Assembly: GCA_951406725.2 (NCBI GenBank)
Contig: OX597825.1
Location: forward strand, 88,536,001 to 88,600,000
Length of the DNA: 64,000 bases
Source of the DNA: Octopus vulgaris
Taxonomy: Eukaryota
Reading direction: 5' to 3'
This document shows, one piece after another, positions 25,121 through 38,500 of the stretch. The notes beneath the pieces are model-generated. The model was not told the DNA's origin. It did no database searches and saw only the letters and a program-made list of their open reading frames with translations. Both the position numbers and the translations under genes were made by a program. Within the stretch, counting starts at the first letter, position 1. Each line of letters opens with the position of its first letter.

Positions 25121-25209
<89 letters not shown>

Positions 25210-25210
25210 C
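24990..25210. repeat. compound (GA)n/(CAGA)n/(TAGA)n microsatellite
   Basis: Seen directly. Confidence 0.95.
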
Positions 25211-25339
25211 TCGTGCAGATTTTCGAATATATGATCCATAGTACGAAGACTGCAGGATTCTTGTAATATCTGTAAAATATGTACATATTGTAATTTTAGA
25301 TAAAGAGAGAGAGAGATTGCACCCGTGAATGTGGGTATA

Positions 25340-26160
25340 AAGTGGTAAGGTCGGTTGGTTAATATTTAGGGACACGGAGAACTGCTTGGATCGTCAAAAG
25401 GAGGTTTCAGCCTGCACCGAATGGGAACGTTGCAGGGAACTGCAAGGCAACGGATAAGAATTAGCACCGTGACGACCGAGACATGGGTCCTCTCAAGGAA
25501 GTCTTCCCAGTAGACCCTGCAAGTTAGTGAAACATTACCGAAGCAAGAAGCGGAGTCTACATATCTCCGGTGCGTATTCGCGAGTAATGGGAAACAGGAG
25601 ACTAAATTGTCTTCTTGGACTGAATGTGCTGGTACAGCAAGGCATCAGCTCTAGCATTTGAATCTAAGAAGAGGAGAGATTGGCAAAGAAGCAAAACTTA
25701 CTATCTTCCATTTCATCTTCGTACCTATCCTCACCTATGATAATGAGTGCTGGATGAAAATAAGAGAGATTTCGATCGCGAATACGAGTGACGGGAATGG
25801 GACGCCTTCGAGAGATCGTTCGAATAACGTTACTTGACAACAAGCTTAGCTCGGTTGAATCCAGATGGAGCCACTGTTTTGCTACACAAAAAGTCATACG
25901 TACAGTATAATGGACAGTTGATTAGAATGTCGAAGGAAAGAATGGCAAGGAGGATGTTTAAAGCTGAGCTAAACGGCAATTGACCTCGAAGTAGACGAAT
26001 AATGAGATGTTGGGATCATGGCCATAGTTTTCGTTGGTCATGCTTGGGAGGAATCCAGGTGGAATCCAAGAGTAATGGCAGTTACTTCTGACTGAATCTT
26101 ATGTTGAAGGTACCTGAAGACCCTATCCCCACGATACTCCCAGCAATAGTGGTGGATGGA
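25340..26160 (+). pseudogene. RTE-clade (Expander/Rex3-like) LINE RT C-terminal relic
   Basis: Fragments read TYLRCVFASNG, AKLTIFHFIFVPILTYDNECW and LIRMSKERMARRMFKAELNG..PRSR; heavily disrupted. Confidence 0.75.
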
Positions 26161-28986
26161 GAGGATAAATGTATGCTTATTCCCACCCAGCATTAAACGG
26201 TCAGATTCTTAAGGAGTTAAGAGCGACTTCACTGGTGGCTAGCTTTACAAGCTTTTCATTACTGAACATATCACTCAGTCTTCACAAACAGAAAGAGAAA
26301 GAGGGAGAGAGAGAGAGAGAAGGGGGAAGGAGAGAGGGAGAAAAATATTGCTTACTCATTCTAAAGGACAACATGGACAATGTGATGTCTTTTGACTCAG
26401 TTCTCTATTTGTATATTCTTTGGCGTTACATCTATAGATTAAGGTAAATAAATCTTTATATTTTCAATGATTCAGTAAATCTTATTTCCCGCAGCACAAA
26501 AACATAATGTCATTGTTCTACCAGACTATTTCTAATTCGAAGAGAAAAAAAGCTCCAGGGTTCGCTAATGCACGACCTTAGTTTCTTCAAAGGGTGCTAA
26601 CGGATATGTTCTGTCTCAAATTCTCTCATTAGTTTCCAAACTTATGAAAATTGGTCAGTGGGATTGTATTGGCCGAAGAAAATAGTTGCGATCCAATCCG
26701 TTTGCAAGTGAAATTGTATAGTTTGACCTTATATTTGCACACAGAGAACTTTATTTTGAGCAACTAAACACACGATTTATTCACAGACTAATGATTTTAA
26801 GAGTAGTTGTAAACAAACCCATGGAAGTGTATCGTCCTGTATATCAAATAATTTCTCGTCCTTCAAGAGAAACAAATGTCTTTTTCCAAACCAATTATAA
26901 GCAAAGACCAAAAAAATGGCAATTTATCGTTATCGTAGAATCCTGCTGCGACGACAAGCTTTGAAACAGAGCTACATTTCCCTGCAAATTGCATCGAATC
27001 AGGTCTCAAGCAGCTGACATTCGAATGCATGTCAAACTGTATATTTAGGTGGTTGTATATTGCTATGACACTTGACGTCATTGCCCCAAATATGCTGACA
27101 GCAGTAAACGATGAAAATAATTTGAAGTAAATTAATGTACTGTAACTTAATATTTTTTGCAACCAAAAATTAATGATCTCACCTTAAGTATTATATATAT
27201 ATATATATATATATATACAAACACACATATATATATATGAACATATAAATGTGTGTGTGTGTGCGTGGTATGTGTGTACGTGATGAAATGAAAGGCATAT
27301 TGCTCGTGTGGAAAATGTGAAAGGTAGTTCTGTTTACTCAGAATAAGCAAGTGGATAGAATATGTTATCTTTCTCATTTATTCCCCGTTATATTCCCTCT
27401 CAATCTCACTCACATTAACTCACCGCTAAGTTGCAGTTGAGATTCAAGTACATAGCAACCATCGATAAATTTCCAAATGGTATATCGGAAATAATTTTTA
27501 TATTTATTATAATCATATTTGCTAATCAATTATGGGACATCAAAAATATAACAACTAAAAAAACAAACATATTCATAAATTTTACTGGATGTTGACTTAT
27601 ATTTTATGATTATTGAATGTCTAAATGCTGCTACGCCTTCTTCCCTAATACATCAACCAACTGAGAGCAGATTTTCAGAATATTAATAGCATGTCTATAG
27701 TATTAATATGCCGTGGAATATCTTACTCTCTTTCGAAAATTATATATATGTGCGTGTATGAATTGGTTTTTGTGAATGCTGATATATGAGTGCGCTTGTA
27801 TGTATGAATAATTTGATGAAAAATCTTGCAGTATTTGTTTCAAAACTTACGCTATGAGTTCAAATACACCCGAAATCAAATGCGGTCCTGGAGGTTTGGA
27901 GTTGTTACTAAATCAGAAAGAAGAGTTCAATGATCAGCCTTTAGATAACGATGCTGTTGCTAAAATCCATCAGACAGCTTTTCCCATAGACAGAGCAATG
28001 GTAGCACACATAGATATTTGTAGACACGGACAACTGTTGCTCTACGATATGGGTACTAAAGTTTCTCCAAGTCTGTGCACCTTCGGGCAGAAATTTACAG
28101 ACCCTTTTGCTAACAAGAAGTCTTAATGCTGTATGAGTCAACTAATAAAGAAATAAGCAGCAGAAATACCCTATCATAGTGTACACACATATGTTTTTAT
28201 TGTTGGTAATATATTCTTAAATATTTTACAGTTTTCCGAGAGAAAAGCACAAATGAGCATGACTTATGTAACATACGTCTTTCAAACTGCACCATTACGT
28301 AGACTAACTTATCCCCTTTAAGGATACTTCACCCTGTACTTGCCAGCGTGCTGGAATTGCCGACAAATAAATGATTTAGGTTTCCCAACGTTCACAAAGA
28401 TGTACAGATTAGATGCGGAGTTAAGCCAATAGGAAATCCCAAAAGACACAAAAGGATGAAGAATTTTAAAGAAGAGGAAACCAGCGTTTAAGAAGAACAA
28501 TTGAAAGGAGACTGACTATAATGTATGACACAAATCTTGCGTCAATGAATGAATTTATTGGTGCAGACAAAAAGCACGCAATCCCTGAGCTTACAGCGTA
28601 AACGGACTGCGGTCAAAATACTTTATAGACGAGGCAAGACTTTGGTAGACGACGGAGAGGATATCTCAGCAGTGGACACTCGATTAGGGGAGAAGAGTGG
28701 AAACTTACTCTTCTCTGTGGGGGAATGAAATGTGCAAAAGTTAGATTGATTCGGAAATAACGGATCGAACTATATTGAATCGTGTCACACATCGTGTCCA
28801 GAATTTTCCACATAAAGTTATGGCGATATTTTTTGTGAGTGACACCACCCACCTTCTCCTTGGTATTTTGGAGTGTTACTGTACCGTGAACAATGGCGTG
28901 TTGTACACGTTTCGTGATGTCCTGTGCCCACGTATACATATGTATTTACCTATAGATGTAAGTATTTACATATACGTAAGTATATA

Positions 28987-29057
<71 letters not shown>

Positions 29058-29798
29058 GCGTGAGAATATGTCATTTCATTTATACTGACATTTTCTCATT
29101 AAAATAATTTTAAATAAGGAATACAGACACAAACGCGCGCGCACACATACACAAACGCGCGCACACTCTTACACACACACAAACGCACGCACCCACACTT
29201 TTACACACAAACAGAAAACACACACAAATATGAACTAATGTTTTGTATACGAGGAGAATATTTCTGCCTTTACAACCGAAGGAAGGCAAATGTAAATGCA
29301 AAAAGTAGTAAAACGATTATCCGAGATACTCCATTGATACAGGCCTTCTACACATATCAATGCTGTGATAAGAACAGCCATGCAGCCAGGCAGAAAATCT
29401 CAGTCAAGCCGCAATGACAGTTTTATTTCTACGATTGAAATAATTACGTTTGAAGTTTTTAGCGAACAATAAGTCACATTTCCGTGTTATAATACTTGAA
29501 TGGAGGAATATTATACAATAAATTAACTTTAAATATATACAGTTTTCTGCAGAACGTGTGATCTTTTTCTGGATACATTTTGCCCCATATCCTAGCACAA
29601 ATCAATACGTCTCTTACTAATCGATTTCTTACGGTCAGTCACGTGTTGTAATAAAATTGTCACATAATTCACTTATATTAACAACTTTACAATCAATCCA
29701 AATACCTCATTTCTCCAAAACAACTACAAAAACGGCATATAAAACTCTGTGTGTGCGCGTGTGTATGTTTGTGTGTGTGTTTGTGTGTGTGTGTGTGG

Positions 29799-29830
<32 letters not shown>

Positions 29831-31624
29831 GTGCACGAACGTGCATTCTGTATATAAATACGAGAGCAGCCGAGCGCTCAATAATGACAATGAGTCTTTT
29901 ACTAAACTTAGTGATAATTACGTTTTGGGTTGTATGAAAGAATATTCGATTTTTCCAGTCGGCGATATTGTTGAAAATTGTACAAGATGCAAGTTGCTAC
30001 TAAGGGTGTGTCGATGTAAATAAAAATGCAAAAATAACCGCAAAATAAGCAAATTATGTTTATCATTAACCAAAATATTATACAGGCTTCAATTACTTTT
30101 AATATGTGCAGTATGGTGTAGTCAATGAGTCACACTTTATTCTACATTGTGTTATTCTACAATAAATACTCCTGCAACTTCCACAACCGTACGTGTCTGT
30201 GTGTCCTCTACCACAATCAACGCATATTTACACATGGATAAATTTGTTTCCAGACAAGTTATACACATTTTTCAAGCGACAGCAGATTTACTTTATGCAA
30301 AAACAGCACATTTTCAAAATTTCTGACATATTGTATGCAAAATCTATAAATGTTCGTAATAAGCATTATTATTTACGTAGAGCAAAGCGGTGAGCTGGCA
30401 GAATCGTTACAGCGAGGCGTCGAAGCCACAATTAATTATAATCTTAAAGAAGTCAATTTCCCAGAAATTGATATAAACATTAGTATAGGAAAATATTTTT
30501 ACTAGTTAGAATTTACCTGCAAAAATTTATATCTTTAGGAATATGTAATCATTATCATTTCCTTTAGGGTTTTTGGAGTAAAGCTTGGCGAAGTAGATGA
30601 ATGTTTAGGCTTTAAAATAAATCATTGCTAAGCTATTAAGTTAACATGTTCTTTTGTGATATTGGATTTTAGCAGGGTAGTCAATATGAAAGAGAAACGT
30701 AAATCATGTGTATCATAGACACTTCGATAGACACAGAGTGTCTAAATGTAAAATGCAGGTACCCCTCCATAGATTTATACATATAACATGACATGATATC
30801 GACTGACATTTTACGTAAGAGTTTATTACGGATCAAGTCTATCGCAGCAGTTGCGAATTAAATATAATTAAAGAATTATTCCCACATCCATGAGAAATTT
30901 GACTGGCGACTGTCGGTGCTACCGTCCACGGTTGCTTTTTAGGATGAAGAGAGTTTGCTAATAGAGGAGAGGGAGAAATTTCCCTCAAGGGGAGAGACCA
31001 ACTCCGGGTAGTTTTTTTTTTTTGCTTTATCATTATGCGATGTCTTTTTCTTATGCGTGAGAGAACATATGAAAAAATATTTCTCTCTTATTGGAGAAAG
31101 TTGGGATCATGTATCTAGATGGTCTATGTTCATTTTCATTTAAAACATAAGGAATTATATATACGATCAATTTTCTCACCAAAGAAATAAATAAAATCAT
31201 ATCTCTTTCTCTCTCGTTCTCTCTCTCTCTCTCTCTCTCCCTCTTTCTCTCAAATAATAGTTTAATTGATGAAAAGTTGTGTATGAATGGTGAAATATAT
31301 AAGGGGAATTTACTCAATCGTATATTTTAAGCAGAATTTACAGAGGTAAAATGAGATACGGAAAATGAGATACCGAATTTTTGATTTGGTTAACTCTTCC
31401 TTATTCAATCCATCGCCATTTATTTTCTCAGCTGACAGGCGTTGTTTTTTTGCTGTCCCACTCTCTTTTATATTGATTACGAATTAGGGACGCATTTATA
31501 AATGTGTATGTATGCAACTACATGTGGTCTTTATTCCTAACGAATAAGATTAATTGTATATTTAAGCAGTGATATATGTATCTCTTCAAGTTGTATATAT
31601 AACTGTTACTCCATCGAAGGTTGC

Positions 31625-31661
<37 letters not shown>

Positions 31662-31786
31662 TTCCGTGCACACGATCTCAGACCAAGTCATTTGCTTTGC
31701 AAGTAAATCCCCGTAAAAGAAAGATTATTTCTATGAAATTTTGTATAGTTTTAATCGAAATTAAAACAATATTTCGCATCGACACA

Positions 31787-32235
31787 GACCAGCCCTCACG
31801 TACATACAGTGTATTTAATAACGAGCCTAACGCGGAATACACAACACACCGTGAGGCATATACATACTCATACACTCGCACACATACCTTCGCTGACAGA
31901 TACACCGTCATATGCACGATGTGACGCCGTCATCGTGGTTAGAATTAAAAGTAAAATGTGATAGAGTATATTTAGTAACGTACCTAACGCGGAAAGGTGC
32001 ACACACCGTGTATTATAAACACATTCATATACTCATACACATACATTCAAAGACAGATACATAGTCATATACAAAATGTGACGTCGACTTCCTCGTCTTT
32101 GCTTAACCAGCTCTCACATACATGTTGTATATTTAATAACGTACCTAGCGCGGAAAGGCACATACACACTGCGAGGCATAGACGCACTCATACACTCACA
32201 CACGTCGTCGATATGGTTAGAATTGAAAGTATAAC
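31787..32235. repeat. degenerate tandem repeat, three units of about 160 bp
   Basis: TATTTA[A/G]TAACG..CCTA[A/G]CGCGGAA recurs at about 31812, 31969 and 32130. Confidence 0.75.
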
Positions 32236-32479
32236 TATAAAGTACAATATATCACATTACAATATAGAATTTATTATTTCGCTTTTATTCTTTGAGTTTT
32301 GACACGTAATACGGAACCAGTGCCAATGTTGTATTATTTTAATCCAAAGAAATTTACATGTTGATACTCACGGGGTCTGATAGTATTTCTATGTAAAATT
32401 TAATTTGATTTGGTTGAGCCATTTGAAACTGCATTGCGAACAGATAATAAGAGAGACGAAGGAAGGAAGGAAGGAAGGA

Positions 32480-32590
<111 letters not shown>

Positions 32591-33759
32591 AGCTTCTAAA
32601 TTAAGAACTAAGAAGCAGAGAATGTACTTAAACTGTTTTTATCTCACGGGAGATGTTAAACTAAATGTACCCTCTTTGACTTTTCATGAAGTCCTTCACT
32701 TCGAGTAATCTTGATTACAAAATTCTTGCAGCTTCCTAGTTTTTGTTGTACAATAAATATTAAAATGCCTATTGGTCAAACATTTGTCGAATAGTTATGA
32801 TTAGACGAGTAATAATGCTTCTCTTCAATTAACTCTTTCTTTCATATTTATTTTCAAGTCATATACGTTCAAATCATCTGTAAAATTACTATGGAACACT
32901 TTTAAAATATCCGGCTAGCAGTATTTACATCGCTGGAAAAGTCATGCATGCCATATGAATACAGCTCTGTTTTGATATGTAGAAAAATAGTTTAATATTA
33001 CGACGTCGAATTCGAGCCTGGATTGATCGAAGACATTTTCCCGCTGTAAGCATATGCTTAATGCCACTCATTCAACGCGTGAATGAATCTTGATTCTGAA
33101 AAGCTGTTGGTGAATAAACGTGTCTCGAGACAACACACCAATTTGTGAGACCTGAGACCATTAAATATGGTTGCTGGCCGAATCCATCATTGGTTTGCTT
33201 AATGTTCGTGGTGTGAGCAGTATCACCTAACTAGACACATGCAGCTCAGATATCGTAGTAACTGCAGAGACACACCTAAACAAAAGCAATACACATTTTC
33301 CCTATTACTTCAAATACTTCGGAAGCTGTTTATAATTGAATTGGCATAATTTTCCTCTAACAAAACATTTATTTATGCTTCTGGTAAACATTGCTATGGT
33401 CTAGACATGTTAATCGCCTTGTACTTAACTTCATACATCATAAACATTTTCACCGCTTCTGAGTGCCGTCAAGTAGGATTTGCAGAAGAATAAATCGCTT
33501 CATTTGGCTTTTGTTAATGCAGATATTAAACATCGGAAATAATTTAATTGCTTTACGTAAAATGACAATTATTCAATAATGTTTGTCGTTGTTCCTTATT
33601 CGTTTATGAGCTTTCAGATGAAAGCTGACGAATAGAAAATAGACACCTAAATCCGTTCGTTACTGTACTCGTGTCTTTTGATTATTTTAGCTACAATGTT
33701 AGAATTTTACGAAAAAGCATTTAGCAGCAACACGGATGTATATAGTTTGTAATCATATA

Positions 33760-33920
33760 TACGATGAACTATTTTCAGTTTCCATCAATTAAATCAACTA
33801 AAAACCCTTTCGTCGACCCGGGACAATAGTAGAAGACATTTGCCCAAGTTGCAAAGCAAAAAGACTGAAACCGAAACCATGTGATTAGAAGCAAATTTCT
33901 TATCACACACTTAGGCCTGT
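33760..33920 (-). mobile_element. SINE family B 5' half, decayed
   Basis: TTTCAGTTTCC and TAGTAGAAGACATTTGCCCAAG...GACTGAAACCGAAACCATGTG. Confidence 0.65.
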
Positions 33921-34060
33921 ATCTATACAAACACACACACACTCATACACACAGACACACGCACACTCATAGCATTCTTATTCTTTGTTTGTTGAAAAAT
34001 ATATTATCTTTATAATACATTTAAATAACCCATAATATATCGAAATTGTCAGAGGAAATA

Positions 34061-34256
34061 CTCTTTTACTTGTTTCAGTCATTTCATTACGGCCATACTG
34101 GAACACCGCTTTTAGTCGAGCAAATCGACCCTAGGACACATTTTTGTAACCCTAGTACTTATTCTATCGGTCACTTTTACCGAACCGCTAAGTTACGGGG
34201 ACGTAAACTCACCAACATCGCTTGATAACCGATGTTGGTGGAACAAACACATATAA

Positions 34257-34325
<69 letters not shown>

Positions 34326-34490
34326 TATACGACAGGCTTCTTTCAGTTTCCGTCTACTAAATCCACTCACAAGGGTTTGGTCGACCCGAGGCTATAGTAG
34401 AAGACACTTGCCCAAGGTGCCACGCAGTGGGACTGAACCCGGAACCATGTGGTTGGTAAGCAAGCTACTTGTCACACAGCCACTCCTGCG
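34061..34490 (-). mobile_element. SINE family B, full length
   Basis: Reverse complement of the 16011 copy from tail (CTCTTTTACTTG) to head (CACAGCCACTCCTGCG). Confidence 0.9.
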
Positions 34491-35611
34491 GTAGAAATGT
34501 ATGTATAGAGATTCGACAAAAATTAATATTTAAAATATAGATATTTATTGAACAACATGGCCGCAGCTCTGAGCTGAAACTACAGAAAAATTAAAAGACG
34601 GAAAACTGAATAAACAATACCATCCGTGCGAACCCATTCCCTGGCTTTTCTTCCTCTTTGATTTCAGGGTGCATTTGGATAACCCGAAATTGCCAAAGTT
34701 ATAATAGCGTTTTACTACATTCACTTAATGACACTTATGAATAAAAGACGCAGGTGTGCGAATTAAATAACTTCATTATAATACCTGAATTTCTTTTATA
34801 CCTCTGACTGATTAAAACAAATTTATACCGTATATTACTAGGAAGTATATGCAGTTTAATTGCATGGAAGCGAATCACAGACATTCTCCTATTTTTGACC
34901 GTTTAACTCAAGTCATTATATTTGTTCCTTTTGCAAAGAATGAGAAACCGGAATTATATTCCTTAGGCTTTTAATCTCAACCTTGTCATTACAAATCTGA
35001 AAGTAACGATTTTCTTTTTGAATAGATGTGATTAACATAATGAATATTTATAGAATATAAGGTATTCATAATGAATATTCATTGAACAACAAAATGAAAT
35101 ACACACCATTAACTAAAGTAGGCCCCAAAGTGATGCTGTAGCAATGTAACAGACGAATACGAGTTTATTTAAAAATACCTATTTTCATAATAGTTTACAT
35201 TGTGAACAGAAGTAAAAACTGTGAATATAAAATGTTAATGAATAATTATTCTAGAAATGATAATGAACATATCACATGCTTGTTCATAATTATTTTTCTA
35301 ATATTTAACATTTAATATATTAGTCTGTTGTTTTTCACCGACAGATCAAATTTGATAAAGAAGTTCAACCGAGCAGTTGGTGGATGGGGGTTGAGGTTGC
35401 GATTGTTGTTACTTTCGTTGTTTCCTCCTTCTTGATAAAAATCCCAAGTTAGACGTGTTTAAACTAATTCAAAAACTGCCTTTGAAAATATATTTATATG
35501 CCTTCCTTTTGCTTGACTTTATGGTAGACAAATATAATGTTCAATATGTACCATACATTATTTTACATTATTTACATTCGACGGATATTTGTCCTCATCT
35601 TGTTTGTTGTT

Positions 35612-35658
35612 AACACAACGTTTCAGCTGATATACCCTCCAGCCTTCATTAGCTGTCT
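35612..35658 (-). ncRNA. minimal hammerhead ribozyme motif (antisense copy, core mutated)
   Basis: Minus strand reads GACAG-CTAATGA-A-GGCTG(loop)CAGCT-GAAA-CGTT-GTGTT. Confidence 0.6.
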
Positions 35659-35660
35659 TG

Positions 35661-35732
35661 GGCATATGGTGTAGTGGTTAAGAGCGCGGGCTACTAACCC
35701 CAAGATTCCGAGTTCGATTCCAAGCAGTGACC
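35661..35732 (+). other. tRNA-like Pol III head (pseudo-tRNA, ACT in anticodon position)
   Basis: A box TGGTGTAGTGG at 35667 and B box GTTCGATTCC at 35712; GGG-CTACTAA-CCC loop; acceptor stem imperfect. Confidence 0.75.
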
Positions 35733-35803
35733 TAAACAATAATAATAATAATAACATCGAAGAATACTTTAGGAATGAGAACCCAGGTTCGAAATTTCCT
35801 CAC

Positions 35804-35850
35804 GACACCTGAAGAAGACTGGAGGGTATATCAGCCGAAACGTTCTGTTA
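35804..35850 (+). ncRNA. minimal hammerhead ribozyme motif (sense copy)
   Basis: GACAC-CTGAAGA-A-GACTG(loop)CAGCC-GAAA-CGTT-CTGTT: CUGANGA and GAAA cores with a palindromic AACGTT stem III. Confidence 0.7.
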
Positions 35851-36339
35851 ACAACAAACCAGATGAGGTCAAATATCCGTAGAATGTAAATAATGTAAAT
35901 AAGGTACATAATTCCTCATCTCTTAAATGTAGAACTGTCTGTACCATACATTACAGAAGCTAGAGAATATATTTCACACTGCGATAAACCATGAAAAGTC
36001 TTATGATCTGCGTTGTGTTAGTATAAATATGTCTCACACTCTGCACACTCCACTCAATTTCATTACGTATGAGTTTATGTTTATTGCTGTTTTTTCACAT
36101 TCCCTCGTCGGTCATGGCAAGGCAGAGTTGTGATTATGGTGAAAGAGTAAATTGCATATTTCTCAATCGTAATGTGCTGATTGATCTCTCTTAAAAAGGT
36201 ATTCAAGTGCACTTTGAGGAACATTTGACTGTTATTTCTGGTAGGCTGAGCGGCTACTGACCGCCTTTCATTGATACATACGTCCGAAATTTGTGGCAAC
36301 GGCTCCATGGGAAGAGAGGTAGAGGGTAAACGGGGAGAA

Positions 36340-36763
36340 AACGCATACCCGCCATCAGACACCTACCATATTCTGAGCGCCTTGTTTCCCTGGGCATGGA
36401 TTCACTGAAGCTCCGGCGTCTGGCGACGGACTTGGTAGACACCCACAAGGTTATCAACCACCTCACCAACAACAACACTGAACACCTTTTTGATCTCCAT
36501 GTGTCTAACACACGTGGACATGCCTACAAAGTCAGAAAACAGCAGAGCTCCCATGACTTTCGGAAACATTTTTTCAAGCTCAGGGTTGCTGAAGCGTGGA
36601 ATAAACTGCCTGCATCAGTTGTTGACTGCCATGACACTGCATCCTTTAAGGCCCTCATGCTTCCCGAAATCCGTCGAAACTACACCTGATTATATATACA
36701 CTTTAGATGAGTTGTAGTGCACCTGAGCACTGTACACAATGTTTATTATAATTATTATTATTA
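36340..36763 (+). mobile_element. CR1-clade LINE 3' end
   Basis: RHLPYSERLVSLGMDSLKLRRLATDL...TRGHAYKV...RKHFFKLRVAEAWNKLP...SFK is a typical CR1 ORF2 C-terminus; short UTR and (ATT)n tail. Confidence 0.88.
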
Positions 36764-37038
36764 AAACTCATGTCTTCCGTAATTATTGATTTCGTGAGTC
36801 CAATAGATGACCTTCCCATTTAATGAGACTAATTGTCCATGTGTTATAATCGAATGAATGTTCTTTGATTGTCCAAATTTTGTTTAAATGTGATTACATT
36901 GAAATGCTTGCTACATATATGTATAAAGGATTCTTACAATGATCAGAATCACGACAATTGTGAAATTATCATTTTAGTCACAAAAAAAACTGATTTTGGA
37001 ATTAGAAATACAAACCAATGTTTATAATCGTTGAAATG

Positions 37039-37126
<88 letters not shown>

Positions 37127-37321
37127 CTTATGAAAGACATAAGTAGAATGTGGTAATCTTAGAGTTCATGCATGGGAGTATAATTAAGAAGTTATGTTGG
37201 TAACAACGTCATCGTGAGTTCGATGCAATAGCGGTACCCCTTGTGCAAATATGTTGATTTATTATGACAGTCAATTGTTCAATGTCCTAAAAATGACCGT
37301 TGCAAAACAAACCGTTGACGC

Positions 37322-37356
<35 letters not shown>

Positions 37357-37363
<7 letters not shown>

Positions 37364-37640
37364 TAAACGACCACTGATGAAATTTCCACCATATTGCAAA
37401 TTATATATATGTAAAATCGCAGTATATGCATTTTGACATTCATGTAATATGCTTTAGTGTTTTCGACGTTATATATATATATATAGTGGCTGTGTGGTAA
37501 GTAGCTTGCTAACCAACCACATGGTTCGGGTTCAGTCGCACTTCGTGGCATCTTGGGCAAGTGTCTTCTGCTATAGCCCCGGGCCGACCAATGCCTTGTG
37601 AGTGGATTTGGTAGACGAAAATTGAAAGAAGCCTGTCGTA

Positions 37641-37695
<55 letters not shown>

Positions 37696-37922
37696 ATGTT
37701 TGCGTGCCTCTGTGTTTGTCCCCCTAGCATTGCTTGACAACCGATGGAGGTGTGTTTAAGTCCCCGTCATTAGCGGCTCGGCAAAAGTGACCGATAGAAT
37801 AAGTACTGGGCTTACAAAGAATAAGTCGTGGGGTCGATTTACTCGACTAAAGGCGGTGCTCTAGCATGGCCGTAGTCAAATGACTGAAACAAGTAAAAAA
37901 GTAAAAGAGTAAGAGTAAATAT

Positions 37923-37953
<31 letters not shown>

Positions 37954-38065
37954 ACACGCTCACACTCACGCGCATCGGCAAAATTCGTCAATTTCTTCAA
38001 AATGGGGTCATAACCCCGAAATATTGACTGCAAGATAAGTCATCATTAATTCACATATTTGTTTT

Positions 38066-38113
<48 letters not shown>

Positions 38114-38312
38114 TAGAAATAGAAAGATAGGTAGCTAGACAGCCTGACAGACAGCTGCCACTTTGCAATAGTAAACCAATAAACATGTGCGCTTGAACAT
38201 GCTAGTAATATGATATTAAAAATAAAGCTTCTATTGAAGTTACCGTGAGGAGCCTCAAAATAATTTCAGAAAACTTTCCGTGAATTTGTATGAATATGAT
38301 GGTGAATCGAAG

Positions 38313-38388
<76 letters not shown>

Positions 38389-38500
38389 CGTCGAAAACTC
38401 AAAAGCATATTACATGAATGACAAAATGTATATACTGCGATTTTACATATATATAATTTGCAATATGGTGGAAATTTCATCAGTGGTCGTTTAATATAAT
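37357..38500. repeat. about 115-bp inverted repeat pair (37357-37472 and 38385-38500)
   Basis: TTATATTAAACGACCACTGATGAAATTTCCACC...TTTTCGACGTTAT and its reverse complement; the peptide IKRPLMKFPPYCKLYICKIAVY appears in ORFs on both strands. Confidence 0.88.
37486..37918 (+). mobile_element. SINE family B
   Basis: Near-complete copy inserted in (TA)n. Confidence 0.9.

Larger units (their letters stand above)
35561..35939 (+). mobile_element. non-autonomous tRNA-headed retroelement with hammerhead ribozyme and inverted 5' copy of its 3' end
   Basis: 14-bp TSD TGTACCATACATTA at 35547-35560 and 35940-35953. About 100-bp inverted arms (35562-35660 and about 35800-35899), tRNA-like head, (AAT)n linker and unique tail of about 40 nt. 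Confidence 0.85.

Noticed and set aside
31787-32235. CRISPR-like array
   Set aside because: Eukaryotic context; the inter-motif sequences are homologous to each other rather than unique spacers.
35661-35732. Functional tRNA-Ser(ACT) gene
   Set aside because: Acceptor and T stems are imperfect, there is no T-run terminator, and it lies inside a TSD-bounded element.
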